DNA from: a candidate division FCPU426 bacterium
GTDB taxonomy: Bacteria; Oederibacteriota; JAAXVQ01; JAUVAV01
Reading direction: 5' to 3'
Assembly (NCBI GenBank): GCA_040756875.1
Contig: JBFLYH010000002.1
Coordinates: 414,526 to 478,525, forward strand
Length of the DNA: 64,000 nucleotides
Shown here: positions 1 to 9,371 of the stretch, one piece after another
Layout of the letters: each line of letters starts with the position of its first letter
Numbering within the stretch: the first letter of the stretch is position 1
Translations under genes and position numbers: made by a program
The notes under the pieces: generated by a model
Database searches by the model: none
Told to the model about the DNA's origin: nothing
The model's input: the letters and a program-made list of their open reading frames with translations, nothing else

Positions 1-1
1 C

Positions 2-280
2 TCCGGACACAGCATGACCGCGTTCTGCGCGGCCGCGATTTTCGGCGACGCCTACCACCTGGAATGGCTCACGTTTCCCCTGGCCGCCGCCGTGGCGTAT
101 TCCCGCGTTTACAACGAGGACCACTGGCCCGCGGACGTCATTGCCGGCGCGGGCCTGGGCGTGCTTGTCGGGTATACGGTCCGCGCGTTCCACGCCCGCG
201 AAGGCTCGGAACCGGGCGTGCGCTTCAGCGTGCTGCCCGGGCCGGACGGCGCGAAGGTGGTGCTCACATGCGCGTTCTGA
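2..280 (+). CDS. PAP2-family phosphatase, C-terminal part (5' truncated by the window)
   Basis: Frame reads SGHS...YSRVYNEDHWPADV, the PAP2 motifs 2 (SGH) and 3 (SRxxxxxHxxxD). Confidence 0.85.
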   Translation, partial: SGHSMTAFCAAAIFGDAYHLEWLTFPLAAAVAYSRVYNEDHWPADVIAGAGLGVLVGYTVRAFHAREGSEPGVRFSVLPGPDGAKVVLTCAF

Positions 281-1458
281 CCTGCGCCGTCTGCCTGGTT
301 GCGCTGCTGGGGTCTGCGCCCTGGGCGCGGGCCGAGAACAACCAGCCGCTCTTTGACTTCGCCTTCTCCGGCTACGTGCAGGCCCGGCTCCTGGGCCGTT
401 TCTTCCAGATCCAGGCCCCGGACGGCCCGCTCAACACGTACCCTGAACCTGCGCTGGCCGGCGGCGGCAAACAAAACACGATTTCCCTCGAACGCCTTGA
501 ATTCAAGCTGAGCACGCCCCTGCCCTGGCTGCGCTGGTCGACCACGGCCTCGGCCAGCGTGCTGGGGACCAAGGCCGTGATCAAGGACGCTTACGTGCAA
601 TACCAGCAGAACGCCGTGACCCGCTGGACCGCGGGCCGGTTCCGCGTGCCCTTCGGCCAGGAATTGCAGCGCTCCTCCGCGGAGCTCGACACCGTGGAGC
701 GTCCGCTGCTGTACGGCTTCGGCAATTACGGCTGGGTGGGGCCGCTGGGCCTGGACGCGGTGGGCGAACGCGACTGGGGCGCGAAACTGGATTTTGTCTG
801 GCCCACGGCCTGGTCCAATTTTTCCCCCTTCCTCACCACGGCCCTGGTGCTGGGCAACGGCCGGCTGGTGGAAACCAGCGCGCCTACCCTGGGCATGGTG
901 CGCGCCGGCTTGAACAACCGCCTGGATATCGACGAACTGCGGCACGAACTGGTGGCCGGGCTTTCCCTGGCCTACGGGCAGGTCCGCTGCGAAGAACGCC
1001 GCGAACAGTATCTGCCCGTCGGCCTGGCCGGCAACCTGCTGACCAACCCCCAGGACGCCGTGGCCACCGAAGCCCTGGGGCAGCGCGCCACCGTGGCCAC
1101 GGTGGGCGCGGACCTCCGCCTGCGCGTCAACGAGCTGGTGCTGACCGGCGAGTGGCTCAGGCGGCGCCTGCAGGCTTTTGTTTCGGAGGGTTACGTGGCG
1201 ACCGCAGTGCTGGAACTCTCGGCCTGGGATTGGGACGGCTGGGAGGCGGTGGCGCGGTGGGAGGAAATCCGCACCGGATTTGCGGACGGCAGCCATGATC
1301 CCCACCGGCCCTATCAGGCGGCCACCCTGGGTTGCAACTGGAAGGCCTGGCCGGACGTCAGGGTGCAGTTCAATTACGTGACGATATATATGGAAGGGAT
1401 TCCGCACCGGTTTCCGGGTTCAGACCTGCTGCTGGTGCAGGTGCAGTATCAATTTTGA
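268..1458 (+). CDS. Outer-membrane porin, OprO/OprP-like
   Basis: Signal peptide MRVLTCAVCLVALLGSAPWARA; FSGYVQAR; DAYV; GRFRVPFGQE..SS..L..VER; C-terminal QVQYQF beta-signal. Start overlaps the PAP2 gene end. Confidence 0.75.
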   Translation: MRVLTCAVCLVALLGSAPWARAENNQPLFDFAFSGYVQARLLGRFFQIQAPDGPLNTYPEPALAGGGKQNTISLERLEFKLSTPLPWLRWSTTASASVLGTKAVIKDAYVQYQQNAVTRWTAGRFRVPFGQELQRSSAELDTVERPLLYGFGNYGWVGPLGLDAVGERDWGAKLDFVWPTAWSNFSPFLTTALVLGNGRLVETSAPTLGMVRAGLNNRLDIDELRHELVAGLSLAYGQVRCEERREQYLPVGLAGNLLTNPQDAVATEALGQRATVATVGADLRLRVNELVLTGEWLRRRLQAFVSEGYVATAVLELSAWDWDGWEAVARWEEIRTGFADGSHDPHRPYQAATLGCNWKAWPDVRVQFNYVTIYMEGIPHRFPGSDLLLVQVQYQF

Positions 1459-1474
1459 ATATTTTTTAAAAAAA

Positions 1475-1502
1475 GTAGGGGCGTTCAATTGAACGCCCCT
1501 AC
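1475..1502. repeat. GTAG-type REP, 28-bp perfect palindrome (isolated copy)
   Basis: gtaggggcgttcaattgaacgcccctac, identical to the copies at 9303 and 10025; lies between convergent genes. Confidence 0.9.
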
Positions 1503-1538
1503 GATGATTCACCAGAATGGTTATTGCCAGCCCTTCCG

Positions 1539-4001
1539 TTATTTCAACGGAAACTTCAAACTCAGTTCCTCGCTGCGGGACGTTTCCTGCCCGTCCTGAT
1601 CCAAGGCCGCCACGGCATAGCGGTGGACGCCTTTGTCCACCTGCTTGAGCTGCAGCAGGTTTTCGGTCAGCGGCTCGCTGTTGACTTTAGTCCATTCCTT
1701 CGCGGTCCCCTTGGCGTGATAAACGTTGTACTTGCGCATCAGCGCGGTTTCGTTCCAGAACAGGACCGCGCCCTTCCCCACCTTGAAGGCCTTCGGCTTG
1801 GCCGGCGGCTGTTTCGACGCCTCGCGCTGGGTGTTAAGCACGGTGCTCAGATTTTTGGCCTGTTCCTGCGCCTGGGTCAGCTGCTGCTGCTGGGTTTCGA
1901 CGCTTTTCTTGGCTTCGGCCAGCTGTGTTTTCAACGCCCCGGATTCGTGAATCCCGAACCAATAATAGGATCCGCCGGCGCCGAGCAACAGCCCCAAAAC
2001 CAGCATCACGAAACCCGCCGCGCCTCCGCCGCGTTTGCGCGGCGGCTCGGCGGCCATGGGTTCGCGTTCCGGTTCCTCGGGCGCTGATTGCGAAAACGCG
2101 GACGCAATTTTTTCAGGTTCCATTTCCGTACCTCCCAACTCCCTCCACGAGGAGGGTGAGGCTTCGGGCGACCATTCGGACTCGGCCGTCTGTCCGGCAG
2201 CCTCGGGTTCAGATTCAGAGCCAGCTTCGGCTTCGGCTTCGGGTTCGGATTCAGGTTCAGACGCTTCCGGCATGACCGACAATTCCACGGCCGTGGCGGC
2301 GTCATCCTGCACGCCGTACGTTTGCACCGGCTCGGCCGACGCCGCGTTGTCCCAGGCAGGCGCCGCTTCCCGCTCCAGTCCGGGTTCCAGCTCGGCGGCC
2401 AGGCTCCAGCTTGGCTCGGACTCGGTTGTTTCGGATGACGCCGGTCCGGTTTCGGCGCCGGCCGCGCTCTCGTACGGACTGAAGGCGACTGGCTCGGGCT
2501 GCCACTGGTTGGTGATGTCGGACAGCAACTGTTCGTCGCTCAAGCTTTCGTGCATGGGTTCGGCGTCTTCCGGCTGGACTCCTGTTTCGAGTTCCTGTTC
2601 CTGCGTCGCGGGCATTTCCGGCGCTTCGGTGTCCGCTCCCTCGGTCATAAAATCATCCGGCACCTGGACAGCCGCCAGATCGATCTTCAGTGCTTTTTGC
2701 TTGGGTTTGCGCCGGCGGCGCGGCTGGGGCAGCTCCATGCCCTCAGGCAGCACCAACTTGGGTTTGCGTCCGCGGCGCTTTTTCACCGGCGCGGCTTCCG
2801 CTTCGGCGGTGGCGGCTGCCGGAGCCGGTGTTTTGCGGGGCCTGCCCCGGGGCCGCTTGGGAGGCGGTGTCTCGGTCTGGGGCGGAACCTCTTCCAATTG
2901 AGGCTCGGGCTCGCCGGCGGATTCCCCGGCCGGCTCGTTGGTCAGCACGTCGAAGTTCCAGTCTGAGCCCAGGCCGCCGGCAGGCGGCGCTTCGGGTTCT
3001 GGCTGGCCCGGCGCGTCAGTTTCAGAGATCAGCGCAAACTCCTGTTCGTTCCAAGCCGCGTTCGGGCTGGTTTCTGTCAGGAAAGGAACTTCGGCCGGCG
3101 GCTCGGAGGGGCTTGAGAAAGAGCCTTCGGAAGGCGATTCGGTCTGCGTTTCTTCCGCCGGTGCCTCTGCCGCTGTTTCAAAGGCGGCCGGGAAAGGCGT
3201 TTCGTTCGGCGTTGCGACCGGCGCTTCCAGCGGCGCTTCGCTTCCGCTGAAAGTCGACTCCCAGGGGAAAACCGGCTCCGCGCCGGCCGGGGACTGAACT
3301 TCAGCCGCGGGTTCGGGCGTTTCAGCCGCAATAGTCGGCTCCCAGGCCGGTTCGGTCTCCGGGCTGGCTTCGGACTCAGATTGCCCGGAGGGAGCGGACT
3401 CGCGCTCCTGGGCAACCGGCTCAGGCTCTGACGCTGCTTCGGATGACGCCGGCTCGTCTGCAGCTGGCGCCTGCTCTTCCCAGGCAGCTGGCTCTGCTTC
3501 CTGCGGCGGCGCGGGTCCGGACTCCGGCGGCTGGTCGGGTTCCTCCCAGGGCATGAGCTCGCGTTCCGCCGGCTCCGCGGCCGGCGATTCGGCGGAGATC
3601 CCCAGCATGTCGGCCACTTCGGGCATGAGCGTGGCAGCCGCGCCCCGGGCCCTGGCCATGATGTAATCCATGAGATTGTTCAGGATGTTCTGGAGTTCCT
3701 CGGACATGGCGTAGATCTGGGCCATGCCGTCGGTCATGATTTTCACTTCGGCAAGTTGTTCCAGGCTGGGATTGTCGAAATCGTACCCGCGCTCCCAAAA
3801 GATCGCGCCCATGAAACCCTTGAGGTGGCCGTACAGGCCCTCGGGTTTTTGCTGCAGGCCCACGCTGGGATTGCCTTGGGACTGATTCAGGCGGCTGACC
3901 AATACATAAGCCGCAATCATCCCTTCTTTCACGTCCAGCGGCGACAGGCGGCCCTTTTGCAGCAGTTCCCGCAGGCCTTGTTGGTAAGCGTCCATGCCCA
4001 T
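1539..4001 (-). CDS. Hypothetical membrane-anchored protein: acidic disordered region, AT-hook, TM helix, coiled coil, FN3-like C-terminus
   Basis: 820-aa ORF, E/P/A-rich; KRPRGRPRK; TM GFVMLVLGLLLGAGG; Q-rich coil; C-terminal KYNVY...YAVAALDQDGQETSRSE. Confidence 0.7.
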   Translation of the reverse strand: MGMDAYQQGLRELLQKGRLSPLDVKEGMIAAYVLVSRLNQSQGNPSVGLQQKPEGLYGHLKGFMGAIFWERGYDFDNPSLEQLAEVKIMTDGMAQIYAMSEELQNILNNLMDYIMARARGAAATLMPEVADMLGISAESPAAEPAERELMPWEEPDQPPESGPAPPQEAEPAAWEEQAPAADEPASSEAASEPEPVAQERESAPSGQSESEASPETEPAWEPTIAAETPEPAAEVQSPAGAEPVFPWESTFSGSEAPLEAPVATPNETPFPAAFETAAEAPAEETQTESPSEGSFSSPSEPPAEVPFLTETSPNAAWNEQEFALISETDAPGQPEPEAPPAGGLGSDWNFDVLTNEPAGESAGEPEPQLEEVPPQTETPPPKRPRGRPRKTPAPAAATAEAEAAPVKKRRGRKPKLVLPEGMELPQPRRRRKPKQKALKIDLAAVQVPDDFMTEGADTEAPEMPATQEQELETGVQPEDAEPMHESLSDEQLLSDITNQWQPEPVAFSPYESAAGAETGPASSETTESEPSWSLAAELEPGLEREAAPAWDNAASAEPVQTYGVQDDAATAVELSVMPEASEPESEPEAEAEAGSESEPEAAGQTAESEWSPEASPSSWRELGGTEMEPEKIASAFSQSAPEEPEREPMAAEPPRKRGGGAAGFVMLVLGLLLGAGGSYYWFGIHESGALKTQLAEAKKSVETQQQQLTQAQEQAKNLSTVLNTQREASKQPPAKPKAFKVGKGAVLFWNETALMRKYNVYHAKGTAKEWTKVNSEPLTENLLQLKQVDKGVHRYAVAALDQDGQETSRSEELSLKFPLK

Positions 4002-4100
4002 ACCCCAAGGGAGTTAATGCTTGGCATTATCTTAAATCATCCGGCTGATAAAAGGCAAGACAATGATTGCGAACAAATTCAAACTTAATAAATTTCATTT

Positions 4101-7100
4101 TTATGCGGATTGGAATAACCAGGCGGGTTTTCCCCGGTCTTCCCCGGTCTGGCCCAGGTTTTCCAGGCGTTCAGCCGTAAGCGTAACGCCTCCCCGGTCG
4201 TCCTCCACCTGCCCCTCCACCCAATAAGGACCCGGGCCGAAGAGTTTGTGGCCGTGCTCCGCGTAGGCGCGCGGAAACAGCGTGACTTCGAAGGTGCCGG
4301 TCAGGTCCTCGAGGGTCATGAATTTCATCAGTTCCCCGCTCTTTTGCACGCGGTTGCCGCGCCAGGTGACCAGCCAGCCGTACGCCGCCACGCGCCGGCC
4401 GGCGTGGCGGGCCAAGTCAACGGCCGCCACCACGCCCGGCCCGGCCAGGCGCGAAAGCAGGCCGCGGAAGCGCATGAGCGGATGCGCGGACGGCGAAAGC
4501 CCGAGCTGCGCGAATTCCAGGGCCAGGCGCTCGTCCGCGTCCGGTTCGGCCAGGGCCGGCAGGGCCGGCTCCGGCTCGGCCAGCAGTTCGGGCTCCCGCG
4601 CCTGGCCGCGCCAGTGGCGGCTGAGCGCCGCCTCCCAGCGCAGGCGCGTGCGCCCGGGCCCCAGGCCGTCGCAGGCGCCGCAGTCGATCAGGGCCTCGGT
4701 CTCCTCGCGGGTAAGAGACACGCGGGCCAACAGGCCGCGCAGGGACCGGAAAGGCCCGTCCGCCGCGCGGCTGGCGGCCAGCGCGTGCGCGTGGGCGACC
4801 CCGAGCCCCTTCACGGACATGAAGCCCACGCGCAGGCCGTCCGCGCCCTCGGCGCCGAAACGCCAGACGCTGGCGTTCACGTCCGGCCCCAGGATGCGCA
4901 GGCCCAGGCGCCGCGCCTCCTCCAGGTACACGGACGGGCCGTAGAATCCGCCCTGGTTGGAAAGCACGGCGGCCATGAACGCCGCCGGATGGTGCGCCTT
5001 GAGGTACGCGGCCTGGAACGACAGCTGCGCGTAGGACGCGCTGTGCGCCTTGCAGAACGCGTAGCCGCCGAAGGCTTCGATCTGCCGCCAGATCTCCGCG
5101 GCCGCGCGCGGCGCCACGCCCCGGCCCTGCGCGTCCGCGAGGAAGCGTTCGCGATAGGTGTCCATCTTCTGCCAGTGCCGCTTCTTGCTCATGCAGCGCC
5201 TGAGCTGGTCCGCCTCGCCCAGGCTCCAACCCGCTATGGCGTGCACGACCTTGATGACGTCTTCCTGGTACACCATGACCCCGTAGGTCCCGGCCAGGAT
5301 GGCCCGGAGGCCGGGATGGGCGAAGCGCACGGGCTGGCGGCCGAGGTGGCGCTCCACGAACATGCGCATCATGCCGCTGTTGGACACGCCCGGCCGGATG
5401 ACGGAGGAGGCCGCGGTGAGCAGGCCGAAATCGTCGCAGCGCAGTTTGCGCAAGAGCAGGCGCATGGCCGGCGACTCGACGTAGAAACATCCCAGCGTGC
5501 GCCCTTCGCGCAGCAGCGCGCGGGTGGCCGGGTCGGCGCACGGGTCCACGGCCGGCCAGTCCACGCCCGCGTCGCGCCCCGCGTCGCGGATCACGGCCAG
5601 GCCGCGCTGGCCCAGCAGGTCGATCTTCACCAGGCCCGCGTCCTCGGCCGCGTACATGTCGTACTGGCCGACCACCACGCCCTTGGCCGACTCCTGGCGC
5701 GGCATGACGTTGTCCACGGGCCCGGGCGTGATCACGATGCCGCCCGGGTGCACGGAGAAATGGCGGGGCGCGTTCTCCATTTTGGCCGCGAGCCTGAGCA
5801 CGCTGCGCCACGGTTCGTCGGCCAGGGGCAGGCCGCGCGCCTCGGGCAGGGTCTGCGGCGCACGCCGGATGTCCGCCACGCTGCCCCAGCGCGGCAGGCG
5901 GCGGGTGAACCACGTGAGCTCGCTCTCGGACAGCCCTAGCACGCGCCCGGCTTCGCGCACGGCCGAGCGCCCCCGCAGCCGCACCAGCGTGCACAGCATG
6001 GCCACGCGCTCGGGCGCGAAGCGCGCGTAGGCGTAGGCCAGCATCTCGTCGCGCTGGTCCCAGGGAAAATCCAGGTCGATGTCCGGCGGGTCCCGGCGCT
6101 CCGGGTTGAGGAAGCGCTCGAAGAACAGGCCGTGCGCCATGGGGTCCACGTGCGTGATGCCGAGCGCAAAGGCGGCCAGGCTGTTGGCCGCCGAACCCCG
6201 GCCCACGGTGGGGATGCCGCGGCGCTTGGCTTCGGCCGCGATGTCCCAGACCGCGAGAAAGTAGCCGGCGAAATGCTTCTCCGCGATCACCGCGAGCTCG
6301 CGCCGCAGCCGCTGCCAGGCGCGGCGGTTGGGCCGCCGCAGGCGTTGCGCCAGGCCCTGCTCGCAGATGTACCGCAGGTAGTCGAACTCGCGCCAGCGCC
6401 CCGGGCAGGGATAGGCGGGAAACTGGAACGCCGCGTCCGGCGGCGCGCCCTGGCAGCGGCCGGCCAGCTCCCCGGCCTGCGCCTGCGCCCGCGCCAGAAA
6501 TCCCGCGAACTTTTTCATTTCCTCCAACGGCGCGAGCGCGGCCCCGGGGCCCGCGGCACTCGCCGTCCCCAGGCCGGCCAGCGTGGTTCCCTCGGCCACG
6601 GCCCGCAGCGCCCGGTGCACGGCAACCTCTTCGGGCCGGCTGAAGCGCGCGGCCGGCGCGAACACGGCCGGGATGCCCTCGGCCGCGGCCTGCTGGCCGG
6701 CCAGTTCGCCGCGGCCGCTGCTTTCGCCGATTGCCAGGTACACGTCCTGCGGCCGGCTCGCGCGCACGCGGCGCGCCAAAGCCAACCCCGGGCACAAAAT
6801 TGCCACGTGGGGCGAGGTGTTGGCCAGGCTTGCTGCCAGATCGAATTCCGGCTCCAGCTGGCGGGCCGTGACCAGGCGGCACAACTCGCCGAACCCTTCG
6901 CCATCCAAGGCCAGGACCACGGCCAGGGGTTCACCCCACGCGGCAGGCAGGGAGGCGGACAGCGCGGCGCCGTAAAGGGGCCGGATCCCGGCTTCCCGGG
7001 ACGCGGCCCGGAACGCCAGGACGCCGGCCAGGCTGTTGGTGTCTGTCAGCCCCAGGGCGTCATACCCGAGCTCTCGGGCCCGCTGGCACAGGTCCTCAGG

Positions 7101-7157
7101 CGGCGACGCGCCGTCGAGGATGGAATAGTGGCTGTGGACGTGCAGGTAGGTGAACAT
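4101..7157 (-). CDS. dnaE2: Error-prone DNA polymerase III alpha subunit (DnaE2-type)
   Basis: PHP HVHSHYS; GRGSAANS; FERFLNPER..PPDIDLDF; KIDLLG; YAFCKAHSASYA; C-terminal OB fold (TLEDLTG). About 1018 aa. Confidence 0.9.
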   Translation of the reverse strand: MFTYLHVHSHYSILDGASPPEDLCQRARELGYDALGLTDTNSLAGVLAFRAASREAGIRPLYGAALSASLPAAWGEPLAVVLALDGEGFGELCRLVTARQLEPEFDLAASLANTSPHVAILCPGLALARRVRASRPQDVYLAIGESSGRGELAGQQAAAEGIPAVFAPAARFSRPEEVAVHRALRAVAEGTTLAGLGTASAAGPGAALAPLEEMKKFAGFLARAQAQAGELAGRCQGAPPDAAFQFPAYPCPGRWREFDYLRYICEQGLAQRLRRPNRRAWQRLRRELAVIAEKHFAGYFLAVWDIAAEAKRRGIPTVGRGSAANSLAAFALGITHVDPMAHGLFFERFLNPERRDPPDIDLDFPWDQRDEMLAYAYARFAPERVAMLCTLVRLRGRSAVREAGRVLGLSESELTWFTRRLPRWGSVADIRRAPQTLPEARGLPLADEPWRSVLRLAAKMENAPRHFSVHPGGIVITPGPVDNVMPRQESAKGVVVGQYDMYAAEDAGLVKIDLLGQRGLAVIRDAGRDAGVDWPAVDPCADPATRALLREGRTLGCFYVESPAMRLLLRKLRCDDFGLLTAASSVIRPGVSNSGMMRMFVERHLGRQPVRFAHPGLRAILAGTYGVMVYQEDVIKVVHAIAGWSLGEADQLRRCMSKKRHWQKMDTYRERFLADAQGRGVAPRAAAEIWRQIEAFGGYAFCKAHSASYAQLSFQAAYLKAHHPAAFMAAVLSNQGGFYGPSVYLEEARRLGLRILGPDVNASVWRFGAEGADGLRVGFMSVKGLGVAHAHALAASRAADGPFRSLRGLLARVSLTREETEALIDCGACDGLGPGRTRLRWEAALSRHWRGQAREPELLAEPEPALPALAEPDADERLALEFAQLGLSPSAHPLMRFRGLLSRLAGPGVVAAVDLARHAGRRVAAYGWLVTWRGNRVQKSGELMKFMTLEDLTGTFEVTLFPRAYAEHGHKLFGPGPYWVEGQVEDDRGGVTLTAERLENLGQTGEDRGKPAWLFQSA

Positions 7158-7171
7158 GGGGGCCTCGCACC

Positions 7172-7441
7172 TTACAACTCCCCCGCCAAATCTTTCCACT
7201 CCGGGTTCAGGGAAGAAACCAGGTCGTGCCGCGCTTGGCGCGGCTGGCGCCTCAGCGCCTCAACCCGCGCCTGGGCCTCGGCCAGCTCGTAAAAGCGCTC
7301 GTAGTACACCAGGGCCATGCAGCTGTGGCCGCGTCCGGGCCGGTTTTCGTCCAGGAAGTTTTTCAGATTGGAAGCGGCCCCCAGGGCCATGACTGTGCGC
7401 GTGTCATTGGACAAAATGTAAAGGCAGGCTGTCTTGCTCAT
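7172..7441 (-). CDS. Degenerate stand-alone GIY-YIG family protein
   Basis: YILSN...LVYYERF...EAQAR...NPEWKDL matches small GIY-YIG proteins, but YIG is replaced by ALG and the catalytic Arg/Glu are not evident. RBS gaaggag upstream. Confidence 0.65.
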   Translation of the reverse strand: MSKTACLYILSNDTRTVMALGAASNLKNFLDENRPGRGHSCMALVYYERFYELAEAQARVEALRRQPRQARHDLVSSLNPEWKDLAGEL

Positions 7442-7550
7442 GGCTGTGCTCCTTCAGGGCCCTGGCCGCGGCCAGGGCCGTCATTCCCCCCGATCTTTCC
7501 CTTCCCACCTCCTTTTTTGCTCTCCTGCTCAACTGTTCAACTGTTCATAC

Positions 7551-8717
7551 TCACTCGACGTCCTGCCGCAGCAGGCTGGCCCAGCGCGCCGCGCCCTCGC
7601 CGTAGCGCTTGCGCACCGCGTCCGCCGCGGTCTGAAAGCGGCCCTGGCGCTCGGCCTGGTCCACGCCCAGCAGGTCGGCCTGCCGGCCGGCGGGTTCCAG
7701 CAGCTGCGCGGCCACGCCCAGCAGGCGGATGCGCACGCGCCGGCCGCAGGCCTGCGCCAGAAGCCGCTCGGCCTCGCTAAACAGCGTGCGGTCCAGGTCC
7801 GTGGCCTCGGCCAGGGCGTGCGAGCGGGTGTGCAGCGAAAAATCCGCGTAACGCACTTTGACGCACACCCGCCGACTGGCCAGGCCGTGGCGCCGCAGCC
7901 GGTATCCCACCTCGCAGGTCAGGCGGTGCAGCACGTGCCGCAGCCGGTCCGGATCCGTGACATCCACGTCGAACGTTTCCTCGTGGCTCACGGACTTGGC
8001 CTCGCCCCGGCCGTCCACCGCCGAATCGTCCTCGCCCCGGGCCGCGGCCGCGAGCGCCAGGCCCCCCTCGCCCAGGGCCTGGCGGACCAGCGGGTCCGGC
8101 AGGCGGGCCAGGTCGCCGATGCGGCGCAGGCCCAGGCCGAGCAGGCGCGGCTCGGTTTTGGGACCCACGCCCGGCAGGCGCCGGATCGGCAGGGGCGATA
8201 AAAACGCGGCCTCGCGCCCTGCCAGCACCTGCAGAATGCCGGCCGGCTTGGCCAAATCCGAGGCGATCTTGGCCGCCACCTTGGAGCCCGCGATGCCGAT
8301 GGAAACGTCGAGCCCGAGCTCCTCGCGCACCTGCTGCTGCAGCCGGGCGGCCGCGGGCAAGGCCGGGCCGAACAGCCGCGTGCAGAACGTGTAATCCAGG
8401 TAGCCTTCGTCCAGGGACGCGGGCTCGAGGTCAGGCGAATAGGTCGCCAGAATGGCGAAAAAGGCGCGCGAGTAGCGCTGGTAGGCGCGGAAGTTGCCCG
8501 GCCGCACCACGGCCTGCGGGCACAGCCGCATGGCCTGGCTAAAGGGCATGGCCGAGCGCACGCCGAAGCGGCGCGCCTCGTAGGAGGCGGTCGCGACCAC
8601 GCTGCGGCTGCCGCCGGGCGATACGATCACCGGCAGACCCACGAGCGTCGGGTCCAGCAGCCGCTCCACGGCCACGAAGAAGACGTCGAGATCGAGATGA
8701 AAGATAGTGCGGGGCAT
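7551..8717 (-). CDS. dinB: DNA polymerase IV (Y-family)
   Basis: HLDLDVFFVAVE; ASYEARRFGV.SAMP; SLDEGYLD; AKIASDLAKPAG; C-terminal clamp-like motif QADLL. Confidence 0.93.
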   Translation of the reverse strand: MPRTIFHLDLDVFFVAVERLLDPTLVGLPVIVSPGGSRSVVATASYEARRFGVRSAMPFSQAMRLCPQAVVRPGNFRAYQRYSRAFFAILATYSPDLEPASLDEGYLDYTFCTRLFGPALPAAARLQQQVREELGLDVSIGIAGSKVAAKIASDLAKPAGILQVLAGREAAFLSPLPIRRLPGVGPKTEPRLLGLGLRRIGDLARLPDPLVRQALGEGGLALAAAARGEDDSAVDGRGEAKSVSHEETFDVDVTDPDRLRHVLHRLTCEVGYRLRRHGLASRRVCVKVRYADFSLHTRSHALAEATDLDRTLFSEAERLLAQACGRRVRIRLLGVAAQLLEPAGRQADLLGVDQAERQGRFQTAADAVRKRYGEGAARWASLLRQDVE

Positions 8718-8739
8718 GGAGGACACCGCGTTTTAATTC

Positions 8740-8767
8740 TTAGGGGCGTTCAATTGAACGCCCCTAC
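8740..8767. repeat. REP palindrome overlapping the RAYT stop codon
   Basis: ttaggggcgttcaattgaacgcccctac, 27/28 identical to the consensus copy. Confidence 0.9.
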
Positions 8768-9282
8768 AAGGTTCTAATGTTTTTAGGGTTCTCCAAATCC
8801 GCATCCCAACCGGCAGGATTATCATTGATATATTGCCGGATGCGATCCAATTCTCCATGGTCGCGGATAATGTGTTCGTAGTAATTACGTTGCCAATAGA
8901 ATTCGTTTCGCCCCGCACGCCGACACAACGATGTAACTGCGGCCTTGTAGGTACGGATAATTACCGATAATGTGTTGCGCAACGGCGGAATAATTCCGCC
9001 GGTCGTCGTAGGGGCGTTCAACTGAGCGCACCTACTCTCGCCCAGCCAGACGATACCATGGAGATGATTGGGCATTAAGACCCAGGTATCCAACACAACC
9101 GTCGGGAAATGTTGCGGCATTTCCAGCCAACATCGCTCGGCGATCTGCCGGATTGCATTGTCATCAAAATATAACGCCCGATTGAGAGTACAGGCGGTTA
9201 CAAAGTATGCGCCAGGACGGCTGTAGTCGTATCCTTTAAGGCGAATAGAGCGCCGATGGCATCTAGAAGAATCCCGGTCCAT
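8764..9282 (-). mobile_element. REP-associated tyrosine transposase (RAYT, Y1/HUH family)
   Basis: RRSIRLKGYDYS..GAYFVT; HUH motif MPNHLHGI; WQRNYYEHIIR; catalytic Tyr in YINDNP; flanked by REP palindromes. Confidence 0.9.
9008..9035. repeat. Degenerate REP copy inside the RAYT coding sequence
   Basis: gtaggggcgttcaactgagcgcacctac (25/28), translated as RCAQLNAPT. Confidence 0.8.
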
Positions 9283-9300
9283 GTCTGCCCTCCGTCTGGC

Positions 9301-9332
9301 ATGTAGGGGCGTTCAATTGAACGCCCCTACAT
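9301..9332. repeat. REP palindrome extended to 32 bp
   Basis: atgtaggggcgttcaattgaacgcccctacat. Confidence 0.9.
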
Positions 9333-9371
9333 TGGACCGGAAAGAGACATAAAAATTGCACCTCCATAGGC

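Noticed and set aside
4248-6882. Long alternative-frame and antisense ORFs over dnaE2, and similar ones across the window
   Set aside because: Shadow ORFs expected from high GC3 codon bias; Arg/Gly/Pro-rich with no motifs.
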